Notes: generated from the letters alone by a model not told the origin. Positions 47,211-57,858 are shown, counted from the stretch's first letter. The stretch: DNA of 64,000 bases from an uncultured Aestuariivirga sp. (GCA_964604435.1 CAZRZB010000002.1:4252-68251), one strand, 5' to 3'. Program-made: numbers and translations.

Positions 47211-47309
47211 TACTTGACCCAACAAAGACTATGGGGTTTATTTTTTCCAGGTGCCGGTTTGTTCATTCGTAGGTGGCGAAAGTGACCATAATCAAGGCAG
47301 AGGGAACTT

Positions 47310-47700
47310 CGTGGGGGCTGGCCTCTTCCAGGGCCGATTCTCTTTGGTGCATGGCATGTCGGTGAGCTCTTCAGGCAGCCCTCCCTTCGGGGCGGGTCAT
47401 GGGCTGATCAGCGCCACTCTCACGCCGTATGTTCCCGCTTGCGGCCGTCCAGCAAGCAAAGTCGCCCTGATTCACTTGTCACGCCGGCTCGGCCTTTCCT
47501 GGCCGCGGCTTGATGGCGTGCTTGGCCGGGTCTCGAATCTGCGCCGGAGTATTGGCATCCAAAGCACGCTCGGCGATCCCGGTTTGAGCATTGACGCGGC
47601 CGAGGAAGTGAGGGTGTTGCCCGCAGCAGACGTCTGCTCAGCGCCCAATCCAATGCCGCCATACATTGCGATCCCTGCCGCCATCCATCGGAATGCAGTT
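47310..47700 (+). pseudogene. Decayed 3' part of an iron-containing alcohol dehydrogenase gene
   Basis: LVHGMS...HGLISATLTPYV...RPA...LSRRLGL...LRRSIGIQSTLGDPG...AD....NPMP resembles the Fe-ADH C-terminus. Confidence 0.45.
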
Positions 47701-47774
47701 CAGGGGCGAATTGAAATGGATTGACGACTCGCCGGCAGGAACTGCCGGAGAGACACATAACGAAGGAGGAATAC

Positions 47775-49337
47775 ATGCTGGGAGGCACAGAACTTACACG
47801 CCGCAATTTCATTTGGACAGCGACAGGAGCAGCTGTGATTTCAGCATTTCCCGCTGCCCCGGGAACGGCAGGCGGGAACATACTCAAACTGCGCTCGCGC
47901 CAGGATATCCAGATCCTCGATCCGGCCTGGATGATCGGGGACACAGAAATTGACCTCCAATATGCATGTCTCGGATCGCTGGCTGTGTATCAGCCGGGTG
48001 AAAGCTTGTCGTGGCGGCCTTCGCCATTCGTGGCAAAGCTGGAACAGCCGGACGACCTGCACATCATCTTTGAGCTGAAGCCGGGTATTCAATGGTCTGG
48101 CGGATTCGGGGAGCTCACGGCCGATGACGTCAAGTTCTCGTTTGAGCGCATTGCAGACCCTAAAAACCAGGTGGCATGGAAAGACAAGTGGGGAGCGCTC
48201 GCGGAAGTACAGGTTACCGGGAAATATAGCGGCGTGATCGTGCTGAAGCAGGCATTCACGCCGCTCTGGCTCACGACCATCTGTGACGGAACCGGAAGCA
48301 TCCTGTGCCGGAAGGCGGTAGAAGCTGCCGGCGGCCGTTACACCACGGAGTTTCCTGCAATCTGCGGTCCGTACCAAATCAAGCAGTGGCTGCCCAAGCA
48401 GCGCATCGAGCTCATCAGGAATCCGCTGTGGAACGGCGAAGCGCCGGCCTATGACGAGATCCACCTCATGTTCATCGAAGAACCTCAGACCGCGCAACTC
48501 GCCTACGAAGCCGGTGAAGTGGATTTAACGCACATCGGGCTCGACGCCCTGGCCAACTACAAAAAGTCGCCGCCCGCCAACACCACCCTCTACGAGGGGG
48601 CGGGACTCGCCTGGACGTGGATGGGCATGAATACCGAACATCCGAAACTCAAGGATCTGCGGGTGCGCCAGGCCATCCAAAATGCTGTCGATGTCGACAT
48701 GATCATCGCGGCTTCTTATGGCGGCGTGGCGGCGGTTCGGGCCCGCGGCGTCGTGCCGCGCGGACTGCTCGGATACCGCACCACGACGGCCTTTGAGAAG
48801 GCGGATGTTGAAAAGGCCAAGCTTCTCTTGCAGGAGGCAGGCGTCGAGGGCCTTACGCTTGAGCTGAAAATCCTGAATGAGCAGCTCAACGTGACGACTG
48901 CGCAGGTGATCCAGTCTAATCTTGCCGATGTTGGAATTACAGTGGAGATTGTCCCGCTCGATTCCGGGCCATTCTGGAATCTCGGCATGGAAGAGAAGGG
49001 CGATGACTGGAAGGACCTTCAGCTCTGGATAAGCCGCTTTCAGGATGCTCCGGACCCGAGCCAGCAAACCCAGTGGTACCTGGCCAGCCAGGTCGGCATC
49101 TGGAACTGGGAACGGTGGAAGGATCCGGAATTCGATAGAATGCACCAGGAGTCGCTGGTCGAGCGCGATGAAGGCAAGCGCGCCGACCTTTACCTGAAAA
49201 TGCAGGAGCTGATGGAGAACACGGGCGCGTATGTATGGATCGCCCATGACCCCGTGAACCTTCTCATACGCAGCAGCCTTCACGCAGAAGTGCTTCCGCC
49301 CGATCACATCTACATGCTCGGCACGAAGCCGGCCTGA
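47775..49337 (+). CDS. Opp/Dpp-family ABC substrate-binding protein, Tat-exported
   Basis: RBS AGGAGG; TRRNFI; ELTADDVKFSFERI, CGPYQI, DLRVRQAI. Confidence 0.88.
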   Translation: MLGGTELTRRNFIWTATGAAVISAFPAAPGTAGGNILKLRSRQDIQILDPAWMIGDTEIDLQYACLGSLAVYQPGESLSWRPSPFVAKLEQPDDLHIIFELKPGIQWSGGFGELTADDVKFSFERIADPKNQVAWKDKWGALAEVQVTGKYSGVIVLKQAFTPLWLTTICDGTGSILCRKAVEAAGGRYTTEFPAICGPYQIKQWLPKQRIELIRNPLWNGEAPAYDEIHLMFIEEPQTAQLAYEAGEVDLTHIGLDALANYKKSPPANTTLYEGAGLAWTWMGMNTEHPKLKDLRVRQAIQNAVDVDMIIAASYGGVAAVRARGVVPRGLLGYRTTTAFEKADVEKAKLLLQEAGVEGLTLELKILNEQLNVTTAQVIQSNLADVGITVEIVPLDSGPFWNLGMEEKGDDWKDLQLWISRFQDAPDPSQQTQWYLASQVGIWNWERWKDPEFDRMHQESLVERDEGKRADLYLKMQELMENTGAYVWIAHDPVNLLIRSSLHAEVLPPDHIYMLGTKPA

Positions 49338-49425
49338 TTTGAAGCGACTGCTTGTCGCCGGGACAGCCGTTGGCTTCCCGTGCGACAGGCAAAGGTCTTA
49401 AAAAACACACCGCCGGGAGGGCAGC

Positions 49426-51459
49426 ATGGTGCAGAAGAAGCCGGAGGTCCGGGATTATCGGGACCAGGTCGAAAACATCGAGATCGCATGGATCCCGATG
49501 AAGGATGGGCGAAAGCTGGCGGCCCGTCTGCTTCTGCCGAAAAGCGAGAAGGATCGGCCGGTTCCGGCTATTCTGGAATACATTCCCTACCGCCGCCGCG
49601 ATGGCACGCGTATCCGCGATGACGAGACCCATTACTGGTTCGCCGCCCATGGCTACGGTGTGGCCCGCGTCGACATTTCCGGGTCGGGTGACAGTGACGG
49701 CCTCATCCAGGACGAGTATCACAAGCGCGAGCAGGATGATGCGCTCGAGATCATAGCATGGCTGGCAGCGCAGGACTGGTGCACGGGTGCTGTGGGCATG
49801 ATCGGCATTTCCTGGGGCGGCTTCAACGGGCTGCAGGCCGCGGCGCGCCGGCCGCCGGCGCTGAAAGCCGTGATCTCCCTGTGTTCGACAGTCGACCGCT
49901 ACGCGGACGATGTTCACTACATGGGCGGCTGCCTGCTCAACGACACGCTCGACTGGGGCGGTTTCTTCTTTACCTGTGGATCGCTGCCGCCAGACCCCGA
50001 AATTGTCGGCCGGGATCGCTGGAAGCAGATGTGGAAGAATCGCCTCGACAATCTCGACTGTTATCCGATGCTCTGGATGGAACACCAGCGCCGCGATGCA
50101 TTCTGGAAACACGGCTCGGTTTCCGAGAACTATGCCGCGATCGAGGTGCCGGTTCTCAATGTCAGCGGCTGGGCTGATGGCTACACGGCGGCTGTGTTTC
50201 GCAGTGTTGAAAACCTGCCAGGGGCCAAGGGTATTGCCGGCGCCTGGGGGCACAAGTATCCGCATGTGGCCATTCCAGGGCCTGCCATCGGCTTTCTGCA
50301 GGAGTGCAAGCGCTGGTGGGACCGTTGGCTGAAGGGCATCAAGACCGGTGTCGAAAAAGACCCGCCGCTGCGGCTGTGGCTGCAGGAAAGCGAAGCCCCG
50401 AAACCCCACTTCGATGAGCGCCAAGGCCAATGGATCGGCTTGCCGGAGTGGCCCTGGAAGAACATCAAAACAGAGAAATTCTATCTCGGCGACGGAGCGC
50501 TGCTCAGCAAACGCTCCAAAACCAAGCCCTGCTCGATCTCCTCGAGCCTGTCGACGGGTCTCACCTCCGGCGAATGGTGCGCCTACGCCTTGGGCAAAAT
50601 CGCGCCTGAGCTTGCGATCGACCAGCGCGAAGACGACGTGCAATCACTCTGTTTCGACAGTGAACCGCTCAAAAAGCCGTTTCTCATCGTCGGCAGGAGT
50701 TATGTGAGGCTCCGCCTCAAATCCGACAAGCCGCAGGCCCTTGTTGCCGTGCGGCTGAATGCAGTCCATCCCGATGGCAAAGTCGAGCGCGTGAGCTACG
50801 GCCTTCTCAACCTCGCGCACCGTGACAGCCATGAAAGGCCCACGCCGCTGAAGCCGGGCCAATTCTACGACGTCACTGTGGAGTTGAACGAGATTGCCCA
50901 GACAATTCCGGCCGGCTTCCGACTCCGCCTGGCAGTATCGACAAACTACTGGCCAATGGCCTGGCCTTCGCCAGAGCAGGCAACCGTCACCATTGATCCC
51001 ACAAAGTCTGTGGTCGAACTGCCGCGGCTGACGTCCACAAAGGGGCTCGCCAAGGTGAAATTCGCGCCTGTCGAGAAGGCCTTGCTGGCCCCGGTGACAG
51101 TCAAGGATCCTGGCGCCGAAACCCGCCAGGTCATCCTCGACATTGAGAAGCAGCGGGTCAACTTCACCATTACGCGCGATGACGGAATCTATGTGATAGA
51201 TGACATTGGCACCGAGGTCCGCCTGACAAAGTTCAAGGACTTCGCCGTGAGCCGCGACAACAGCTCGCCGCCAAGCTCAAAAGTCGCCACGACATGGCAT
51301 TACCGGCGCGGGGACTGGGACGCACGAACCGAAACCGAAGTGGTGATGACGTCTGACAAGACCCACTTCCACATGGAAGGCCGGGTCAAGACATTCGAGC
51401 GCGGTCAACCGTTCGTCGAGAGGAGTTTCAAGCGATCCTTCAAACGCGACTGCATGTAG
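49426..51459 (+). CDS. CocE/NonD family serine hydrolase (S15-like)
   Basis: IPMKDG, EYIPYRRRD, GISWGGF, GWADGY, WGHKYP, C-terminal PepX_C-like domain; no signal peptide. Confidence 0.9.
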   Translation: MVQKKPEVRDYRDQVENIEIAWIPMKDGRKLAARLLLPKSEKDRPVPAILEYIPYRRRDGTRIRDDETHYWFAAHGYGVARVDISGSGDSDGLIQDEYHKREQDDALEIIAWLAAQDWCTGAVGMIGISWGGFNGLQAAARRPPALKAVISLCSTVDRYADDVHYMGGCLLNDTLDWGGFFFTCGSLPPDPEIVGRDRWKQMWKNRLDNLDCYPMLWMEHQRRDAFWKHGSVSENYAAIEVPVLNVSGWADGYTAAVFRSVENLPGAKGIAGAWGHKYPHVAIPGPAIGFLQECKRWWDRWLKGIKTGVEKDPPLRLWLQESEAPKPHFDERQGQWIGLPEWPWKNIKTEKFYLGDGALLSKRSKTKPCSISSSLSTGLTSGEWCAYALGKIAPELAIDQREDDVQSLCFDSEPLKKPFLIVGRSYVRLRLKSDKPQALVAVRLNAVHPDGKVERVSYGLLNLAHRDSHERPTPLKPGQFYDVTVELNEIAQTIPAGFRLRLAVSTNYWPMAWPSPEQATVTIDPTKSVVELPRLTSTKGLAKVKFAPVEKALLAPVTVKDPGAETRQVILDIEKQRVNFTITRDDGIYVIDDIGTEVRLTKFKDFAVSRDNSSPPSSKVATTWHYRRGDWDARTETEVVMTSDKTHFHMEGRVKTFERGQPFVERSFKRSFKRDCM

Positions 51460-51566
51460 CAGCGGGCACCGATGCCAAATCTCGCCAAGATCGGCATTCT
51501 GTGCGACACTGCCTTGTCGGTTCCATTCGATTCTGACATCGGGACGTGGAATTAAGGGGCGAAGAA

Positions 51567-52511
51567 GTGCTGTTCTATGCCATTCAACGCATCGGGCTTT
51601 CGATCCTGATCCTCATCACCTCCATGGTGATGCTGTTCACAGCGCTGAAACTCATCCCCGGCGATCCCGCAACGATTATGCTGGGTTCACGGGCGAGCGC
51701 TGAAATGAGGGCCCGCATCACCGAGCAACTGGGATTGAACGATCCTCTGATGGTGCAGCTCGGCACATTCTTCGGCCGGCTTTTGCAGGGCAACCTCGGT
51801 ACCGATATGTGGAGCCAGCGGCCGGTGAGCCAGTTGGTGGCGGAGAGCCTTCCCCATACGCTTGTGCTGATCACTGTTGGCTTGGGCTGGGCCGCCCTCG
51901 TTGGCATTCCGCTCGGCTGCTATTCGGCGATCCGCCGCAATTCCTTCATTGACAAGATCACCGGCGTCATTTCCGTCGGCACCATCTCCATCCCTTCTTT
52001 CGTGGTCGCCATCTATCTCATCCTGCTGTTTGCGATCACCCTCGACTGGCTGCCCGTGATTGGTGCCGGCAACTCCGGAGACTGGGGCGACCAGCTCATG
52101 CACCTGATCCTGCCGGCTTTCGCGCTAGGCCTCGGCTGGGTCGGCTACCTGTCGCGCATCGTGCGCGCCTCCATGCTGGAGGTTATGGGGGAAAATCACA
52201 TCCGAACGGCCCGCGCCTTCGGCCTTACCGAGTTCAAGATCATCAAATCCTATGCGCTCCGCATTGCTATCCTGCCGACGATCACCCTGCTGGCTGTGGC
52301 GATTTCCGGACTTCTCTCCAGCGCCGTATTCATTGAGGCCATCTTCGCGCGGCCGGGCATTGGCAAGCTCATTGTCGATGCCGCAAACATGCGAAACTTT
52401 CCGGTTGTGCAGGGCGGCGTCCTCACCACCGTCGCGCTTTTTGCGTTGACGATGCCGATTGCCGATCTTCTCGTTGCCTGGCTTGACCCACGTGTCCGCG
52501 CAACCCTCTGA
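51567..52511 (+). CDS. Opp/Dpp ABC permease B
   Basis: IPGDPA, SIPSF, HLILPA, RASMLEV, IFARPGIG, LDPRVR. Confidence 0.9.
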   Translation: MLFYAIQRIGLSILILITSMVMLFTALKLIPGDPATIMLGSRASAEMRARITEQLGLNDPLMVQLGTFFGRLLQGNLGTDMWSQRPVSQLVAESLPHTLVLITVGLGWAALVGIPLGCYSAIRRNSFIDKITGVISVGTISIPSFVVAIYLILLFAITLDWLPVIGAGNSGDWGDQLMHLILPAFALGLGWVGYLSRIVRASMLEVMGENHIRTARAFGLTEFKIIKSYALRIAILPTITLLAVAISGLLSSAVFIEAIFARPGIGKLIVDAANMRNFPVVQGGVLTTVALFALTMPIADLLVAWLDPRVRATL

Positions 52512-53376
52512 CGCGCGTCCAGCGCTCGCATCCGCCCGCCTGTCGTTGTTTTGGCGACGCCTCAAGAGCGACCCGATGGGTTTTGTCGGGCTCATTCTTG
52601 TTTTGATCATCGTCTTCTCCGGTATCTTTGCGCCGTGGATCACGCCATTCGACCCCTTCAAGATCAACGTTCCGGACAAATTCCAGGCGCCCTCCCTGGT
52701 GCACATCATTGGAACGGACAATCTTGGCCGAGATGTTTTCAGCCGTGTTGTCGCGGGAAGCCGGATCGCGCTGTCGGTCGGCGTTTCAACCATAGCGATG
52801 GCATTGGCCCTGGGATTGACGCTCGGCCTCATCGCAGGCTATGGGCCGCGCTGGCTCGACAACCTGCTGATCCTCATTTCGGATTCGATCTACTCGTTTC
52901 CAACGGTCATCCTTGGACTGACGGTTGTGACATTGCTGGGCGCCAGTGTGGCAACGCTCATGTTCGTCGTCATTGTCATTCAGACGCCTGCCTATCTCCG
53001 GCTGACACGCACGGCCACACTGTCCTTGAAAAACTCGGAGTACATCCAAGCCATCGAGTCGCTGGGGGCATCGAAATTCCGGATCATCGGCATTCATCTT
53101 CTTCCCAATGTCGTAGGACCCCTTCTCATCATAGCAAGCATGGACATCCCTTCGGTCGTGGCGCTTGAAGCCGGCCTGACCTACCTTGGTATGGGAATTC
53201 CGCCGCCTGCACCAAGCTGGGGGCGAATCCTCCAGGAAGGCTTCGGTTTCATTCGCATGGCGCCATGGATCGTGGTGGCAGGCGGTATCCCACTCATCAT
53301 CACAACGCTTGGCTTTACCTTTCTGGGTGAGGCGCTGCGCGACATGCTTGATCCCAAACTGCGACGCATTTTATGA
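52492..53376 (+). CDS. Opp/Dpp ABC permease C
   Basis: GTDNLGRDVFSR, HLLPNV, PPPAPSWG, LRDMLDPK; start approximate. Confidence 0.88.
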   Translation: MSAQPSDARPALASARLSLFWRRLKSDPMGFVGLILVLIIVFSGIFAPWITPFDPFKINVPDKFQAPSLVHIIGTDNLGRDVFSRVVAGSRIALSVGVSTIAMALALGLTLGLIAGYGPRWLDNLLILISDSIYSFPTVILGLTVVTLLGASVATLMFVVIVIQTPAYLRLTRTATLSLKNSEYIQAIESLGASKFRIIGIHLLPNVVGPLLIIASMDIPSVVALEAGLTYLGMGIPPPAPSWGRILQEGFGFIRMAPWIVVAGGIPLIITTLGFTFLGEALRDMLDPKLRRIL

Positions 53377-54353
53377 CCGGCGAAGTGCTTGAGATACGGG
53401 ATTTTTCACTGCGCTTCGATACGCAGGACGGCGCCGTATATCCGCTACACCACATCAATATAACAGTGCCGCGAGGTGAAATCGTCGGTGTGGTTGGCGA
53501 AAGCGGATCCGGCAAGTCAACGCTCGCGCTCGCAGTTATCCGGCTCCTGTCGGCCAACGCGAGAATCACCTCCGGAACGATCAGGTTTTCCGGGGTTGAC
53601 CTTATGGGACTCTCCGAGGCTGAGATGCGCGCGATCCGGGGAACGCGGATATCCATGGTTTTCCAGGATCCCATGACCTCGCTCAATCCCGTGCGCAGCA
53701 TCGGCCAGCAAATGGCCGATATACAGTACCGGGACAAAACCACAGGCGCCGCACAAAAGCGGGCCAAGTCCATCGCCGCCCTCGAGCGCGTCGGCATTCC
53801 CGATGCAGCGTGCCAGCTTGACCTTTATCCCTTCCAGTTTTCGGGCGGCATGCGTCAGCGCATTGCGATCGCCATGAGCCTTCTGCAGAAGCCGGAACTG
53901 CTCATTGCCGATGAGGTGACGACCGCGCTCGACGTAACCCTCGAAGCGCAGATTCTTTATCTCATGCGGGAACTCCGCAAGGAAATAAACGGTTCGATCC
54001 TCTTCATATCGCACAATCTCGGCGCCATTGCCGAAATCTGCGACCGCGTTGTCGTGCTCTATGCCGGAGAGGTCGTCGAGTCCGGCCCTGTCGGCGCCAT
54101 CTTCGATCATCCGCAACATCCCTACACTAAATCGCTCATTGCATGTGATCCGGCACGCATCGAAAAGACCACGCGGGAGTTGCCGGTTATTCCGGGCGAT
54201 GTGCCCGACCTGCACATGATCCCGGAGGCCTGCATCTTTGCGCCGCGTTGCAGCGCAGCGGTTGAACGCTGCCACACAGCGCGGCCTGCAGACAGGTTGG
54301 CAGGCCCAACTCATCGCGTACGCTGCCATCTGGTGGAGGGAGCACCGGCATGA
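53373..54353 (+). CDS. Opp/Dpp ABC ATP-binding protein D
   Basis: GESGSGKS, FQDPMTSLNP, FSGGMRQR, HPYT, Cys-rich C-terminus. Confidence 0.9.
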   Translation: MTGEVLEIRDFSLRFDTQDGAVYPLHHINITVPRGEIVGVVGESGSGKSTLALAVIRLLSANARITSGTIRFSGVDLMGLSEAEMRAIRGTRISMVFQDPMTSLNPVRSIGQQMADIQYRDKTTGAAQKRAKSIAALERVGIPDAACQLDLYPFQFSGGMRQRIAIAMSLLQKPELLIADEVTTALDVTLEAQILYLMRELRKEINGSILFISHNLGAIAEICDRVVVLYAGEVVESGPVGAIFDHPQHPYTKSLIACDPARIEKTTRELPVIPGDVPDLHMIPEACIFAPRCSAAVERCHTARPADRLAGPTHRVRCHLVEGAPA

Positions 54354-55336
54354 GTCTCCTGAAGGTCAGAAACCTCCACGTCCGCTATGCCCTCGCAGGT
54401 CCACTCAAGGCCAGGATTGCAGGTCTGACCAACCGTTTCCTTGATGCCGTTATAGATGTCTCTTTCGATGTCGCGCGTGGGTCGACGCTGGCGATTGTTG
54501 GCGAGAGCGGATCCGGAAAATCCACCCTGGCCCGCGCGATCATCGGCTTGACCCCGATTGCCGGCGGCACGATCGAGTTCGATGGCGGGCAACCCTTCAG
54601 CAGCGGTGGCAGCGGCAGCCGTGCCTATCATCGTGATGTTGCCATGATGTTTCAGGACCCGATTTCAAGCCTGTCGCCGCGCCGGACCGTCCAGGCGCTC
54701 ATCACCGAACCCTTCATCATCCACGGCATGAAGGACGTGGACCTTGCGGCCGAGGCCCGCCGGCTTCTGTCGTTGGTCGGCCTGCCTCAGGATTTTACGT
54801 CGCGCTATGCGCACCAGTTGTCGGGCGGCCAGGCGCGGCGGGTGGGGGTGGCGCGGGCCATCGCGCTCAACCCCAAACTCATCCTCGCCGACGAGCCTAC
54901 AGCTGGTCTTGACGTATCGGTGCAGGGCGAAATCCTGAATTTGCTGGCGCGTCTGCAAAGCGAGTTCGGTCTGACCTATGTGATCATCACCCACAATCTT
55001 GCCGTGGTGCGTCATGTGAGTGATAGGGCGGCAATCATGTATATGGGACGCTTCGTCGAAATGGGGCCGACCGCCGCGGTGTTTGCGAAACCCGCCCATC
55101 CCTATACCGCCGCGCTAATAGCCTCCCAACCGCATCCCAATCCCCAAATGCGACGCACCGAACCCGTACTCATGGGGGAAGTGACAAGCCTCAGGAACAG
55201 GCCCGCTGGATGCGAATTCCATCCGCGCTGTTCCAAAGCCAGGGATTTGTGTGGCCGCGAAGCAGCGCATGTGACAATGCCCGGTCCCTCACACATGGTG
55301 AGATGTCACTTTCCGATGATTCAAGGTGAAACATGA
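54350..55336 (+). CDS. Opp/Dpp ABC ATP-binding protein F
   Basis: GESGSGKS, FQDPISSLSPR, LSGGQARR, HPYT, GCEFHPRC. Confidence 0.9.
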   Translation: MSLLKVRNLHVRYALAGPLKARIAGLTNRFLDAVIDVSFDVARGSTLAIVGESGSGKSTLARAIIGLTPIAGGTIEFDGGQPFSSGGSGSRAYHRDVAMMFQDPISSLSPRRTVQALITEPFIIHGMKDVDLAAEARRLLSLVGLPQDFTSRYAHQLSGGQARRVGVARAIALNPKLILADEPTAGLDVSVQGEILNLLARLQSEFGLTYVIITHNLAVVRHVSDRAAIMYMGRFVEMGPTAAVFAKPAHPYTAALIASQPHPNPQMRRTEPVLMGEVTSLRNRPAGCEFHPRCSKARDLCGREAAHVTMPGPSHMVRCHFPMIQGET

Positions 55337-55450
55337 GAAGAGGTGGAAAGACTGCTTGAATCATCTTGCGTACCGGACTCTGACTTGGCTCAGAGCGATC
55401 TGCTCCGAGCCCAATCCTTGGGTCATCCGGCGCCAGAGTTTCAGGCCTTT

Positions 55451-55710
55451 TGCTCCGCTCCTAAATTTTTGATCATCCGATGCCAGAGTTTTCGGCCTGT
55501 TTCGCCGATAGCGGGCTGGATGCGCCACTGGTTTGTGCAGCAATATCGGGGTCATTTGGCCGATACCGCTGTAGGATCGTTCCTTGTTATAGTATCTGCG
55601 CCAATCCTCCGTCTTCCGGCGGGCGACGTCAAGACTCATGAACCAATGCGCATTCAGGCACTCGCCGCGGAACTTGCGGTTGAACGCTGCGATGAACGCA
55701 TTGTCGGTCA
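55451..55710 (-). mobile_element. IS3-family transposase 3' remnant
   Basis: TDNAFIAAFNRKFRGECLNAHWFMSLDVARRKTEDWRRYYNKERSYSGIG, with a degenerate terminal repeat near 55451. Confidence 0.85.
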
Positions 55711-56130
55711 GTTCCCTATCTCGAATCTGAAACGCACCGGTGGGCATGGTGGCCCGCGGTCCTGGAAAGTCAGGGCATTGTGGTGATAGACGACTGTCCA
55801 GTCGGGGAGTTCGGCCTTCACGGCGCGGGCCAGCCTGAGGCCCGCTTCTGAGACGGGCGTCCAGAGGGCGATACGGGCCTCAAGCCCTAGATTGGCTTTG
55901 TCCTGATCAATATCTTCACACCTGTCAATGTCCTCTTGCCATTCACGGAGACGCAATGAGAGGTCTTCGCTGATGGGAAGGTCTTCCAGGTCGTGATTGT
56001 CACCGTTCATGGCCCAAACGCAGTCGATGCCCCATGCGCCCCTGATCTCCACATACCTGTCAGCGCGGAACGCGGCGGTAATACGCGCACAGAATGCAGC
56101 GCGTTCCTCGTCCGTGAGGGCCTTGGTCAT
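55708..56130 (-). CDS. Hypothetical protein (3' end abuts the IS remnant)
   Basis: MTKALTDEERAAF...LPISEDLSLRLREWQ...GLRLARAVKAELPDWTVVY is protein-like; no family assigned. Confidence 0.45.
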   Translation of the reverse strand: MTKALTDEERAAFCARITAAFRADRYVEIRGAWGIDCVWAMNGDNHDLEDLPISEDLSLRLREWQEDIDRCEDIDQDKANLGLEARIALWTPVSEAGLRLARAVKAELPDWTVVYHHNALTFQDRGPPCPPVRFRFEIGN

Positions 56131-56194
56131 CGAAACCGGCTCGTAAGATAGTGGCTCAGGTTCCGATTGGCCGAAGTACGCTGTTCCGGATTGG

Positions 56195-56560
56195 CTACCT
56201 GCTGAACCCGAGGACAGCTCTCTGGCTCGCCCACCCGAGCGGCAGCGCATCAATGGATTGTAATCTCTCAGATGAGAGATCGGCAGGTGCTGTTCCATTG
56301 GCAATGGCGGCAATGATATCGGGTGCGAGGAAACTGAGGTCAATCAGCCGGGACACATAGGATATTGAGATGCCGTCACGATCCCCGATGTCTGATGCGG
56401 ATTCCACCGCGCCGGAAAGAAGCTCTTCTCTCCAGGCGAATCCCCTGGCGACTAGATTGAGGAGTTTATGGTCCACCGGCCGCTTTTGCGTCCCTGATTG
56501 TATGATCAACCGGGTTTCGTTGCCCCGCCGCCCGAGTCGCATAGGCCGAACCATGCGATG
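56195..56560 (-). pseudogene. C-terminal remnant of an island-type large serine recombinase
   Basis: RRGNETRLII...VARGFAWREELLSG...SYVSRLIDLSFLAPDIIAAIANG...LPLGWASQRAVLGF is the typical tail of alphaproteobacterial site-specific recombinases; the catalytic N-terminus is absent. Confidence 0.7.
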
Positions 56561-56734
56561 ATCAGGATAGATGTCTTCCCGGTTAGCCCTGTCAGAGGTC
56601 CAAAAGGGATAAATTGGAGTTCCCTTTGGGTTTGAAATAGTCGTTCTCCACAAGGCACTTGAACAGCCGCTTCTGACCCAAACCGGACGGTTACTCCAAT
56701 AACGATCACATTGACTTGACCCTCATGGTCAAAC

Positions 56735-57790
56735 TCAGTGCCGCTTCAGGGTCTCATGCGGGCTGGTATATATGCTCCGTGGATGAACAAGTTCGGGCGC
56801 GATCTTGATCACGCGCGGGTCCGTTATGTGCTCGTCGAGAATCCGGAATCCCTGGGCAATTAACTCCTCGACATTCTGCCGGATCATAATGACTGGAAAG
56901 TGCATAAAGGTTGCAAATGGGTCGTAATCGTAGCAGCCGACAATGGTATTCCGAAAAGCCTCTACTGGTTGAGTTGAAAAGTATTTAAGTACGCCTTCGA
57001 ATGCGAAGGTGGAATTGACGAAAAGTCCGGCAGGAATTCCCCCGATACGCTCACATAACTCTCGTGCATCATGTGTCGATGCATCTGGCTCATAGCTATT
57101 GGCAAAAATCTGTGAGTCGGATACCTCGCCCTGTTGCTCGGTTATGATGTCCCTAAATCCCCTGATGCGTTCGGCGGTGGCATTATCCCAATATGCTCCT
57201 CCAATGAAGTAAATCTGCCCGCGCGGATGATTGGGAACCTTTGGCATCAATCGCAGGATTTCCTGCGTGAGCATCTTTGCTCCGTTGTAATTGTCGCTGA
57301 CGACCGAGGGTGCCTTGGTTCCCGGGAGGTCGATGTTGATATGTCGGAGGTTGATGGCTGTGCAAATGTCGCTCAGCGCATCTGGATTGGAGGCGCCGAC
57401 AATGAAAAGGGAATCGATCGCATATGAGATCAGTGTTTCGACTGTGCGGCGCTCCTCGTCTGGGTCACGCAATGTGCTAACGATGACCGGGCACAGACCG
57501 CGGGCGCGGGCATGGGCTTCAAAAATTTGGGACAGTGACGAAAAGTACCTATTGAAATGTGCGGGCAAGATCATGCCGATGAGACCTGAACGCGCGTTTC
57601 TCAAGCCGCGGGCCTGCATATTCGTCGTATAGCCCAAGTCAGCGGCAAGCTTCTGGACCTCAAGCGCCGTACTCTCTTTAATCCTGCGTTTTTGCCAGGT
57701 GCCATTCAGTGCCGCGCTGACCGTCGAGGGTGAAGCGCCGGTGCGCTGTGCGATGTCATAGATCGTCGATTTTCGTGTTAGCCGTTTCAT
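56735..57790 (-). CDS. LacI family regulator
   Basis: TIYDIAQRTGASPSTVSAALN, NMQARGLR, VVSDNYNG. Confidence 0.9.
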   Translation of the reverse strand: MKRLTRKSTIYDIAQRTGASPSTVSAALNGTWQKRRIKESTALEVQKLAADLGYTTNMQARGLRNARSGLIGMILPAHFNRYFSSLSQIFEAHARARGLCPVIVSTLRDPDEERRTVETLISYAIDSLFIVGASNPDALSDICTAINLRHINIDLPGTKAPSVVSDNYNGAKMLTQEILRLMPKVPNHPRGQIYFIGGAYWDNATAERIRGFRDIITEQQGEVSDSQIFANSYEPDASTHDARELCERIGGIPAGLFVNSTFAFEGVLKYFSTQPVEAFRNTIVGCYDYDPFATFMHFPVIMIRQNVEELIAQGFRILDEHITDPRVIKIAPELVHPRSIYTSPHETLKRH

Positions 57791-57858
57791 TCCTGGAAGA
57801 AATTCTTTCTCGCCTCACCAGAGGCATACTTGACATCTTTGTATTTATTAATCAGAAT

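Noticed and set aside
1054-50643. Long antisense or alternate-frame ORFs (e.g. 1054-2016, 5671-6798, 21103-22254, 24018-24935, 49264-50643)
   Set aside because: Shadows of well-supported genes in GC-rich DNA, with no recognisable motifs.
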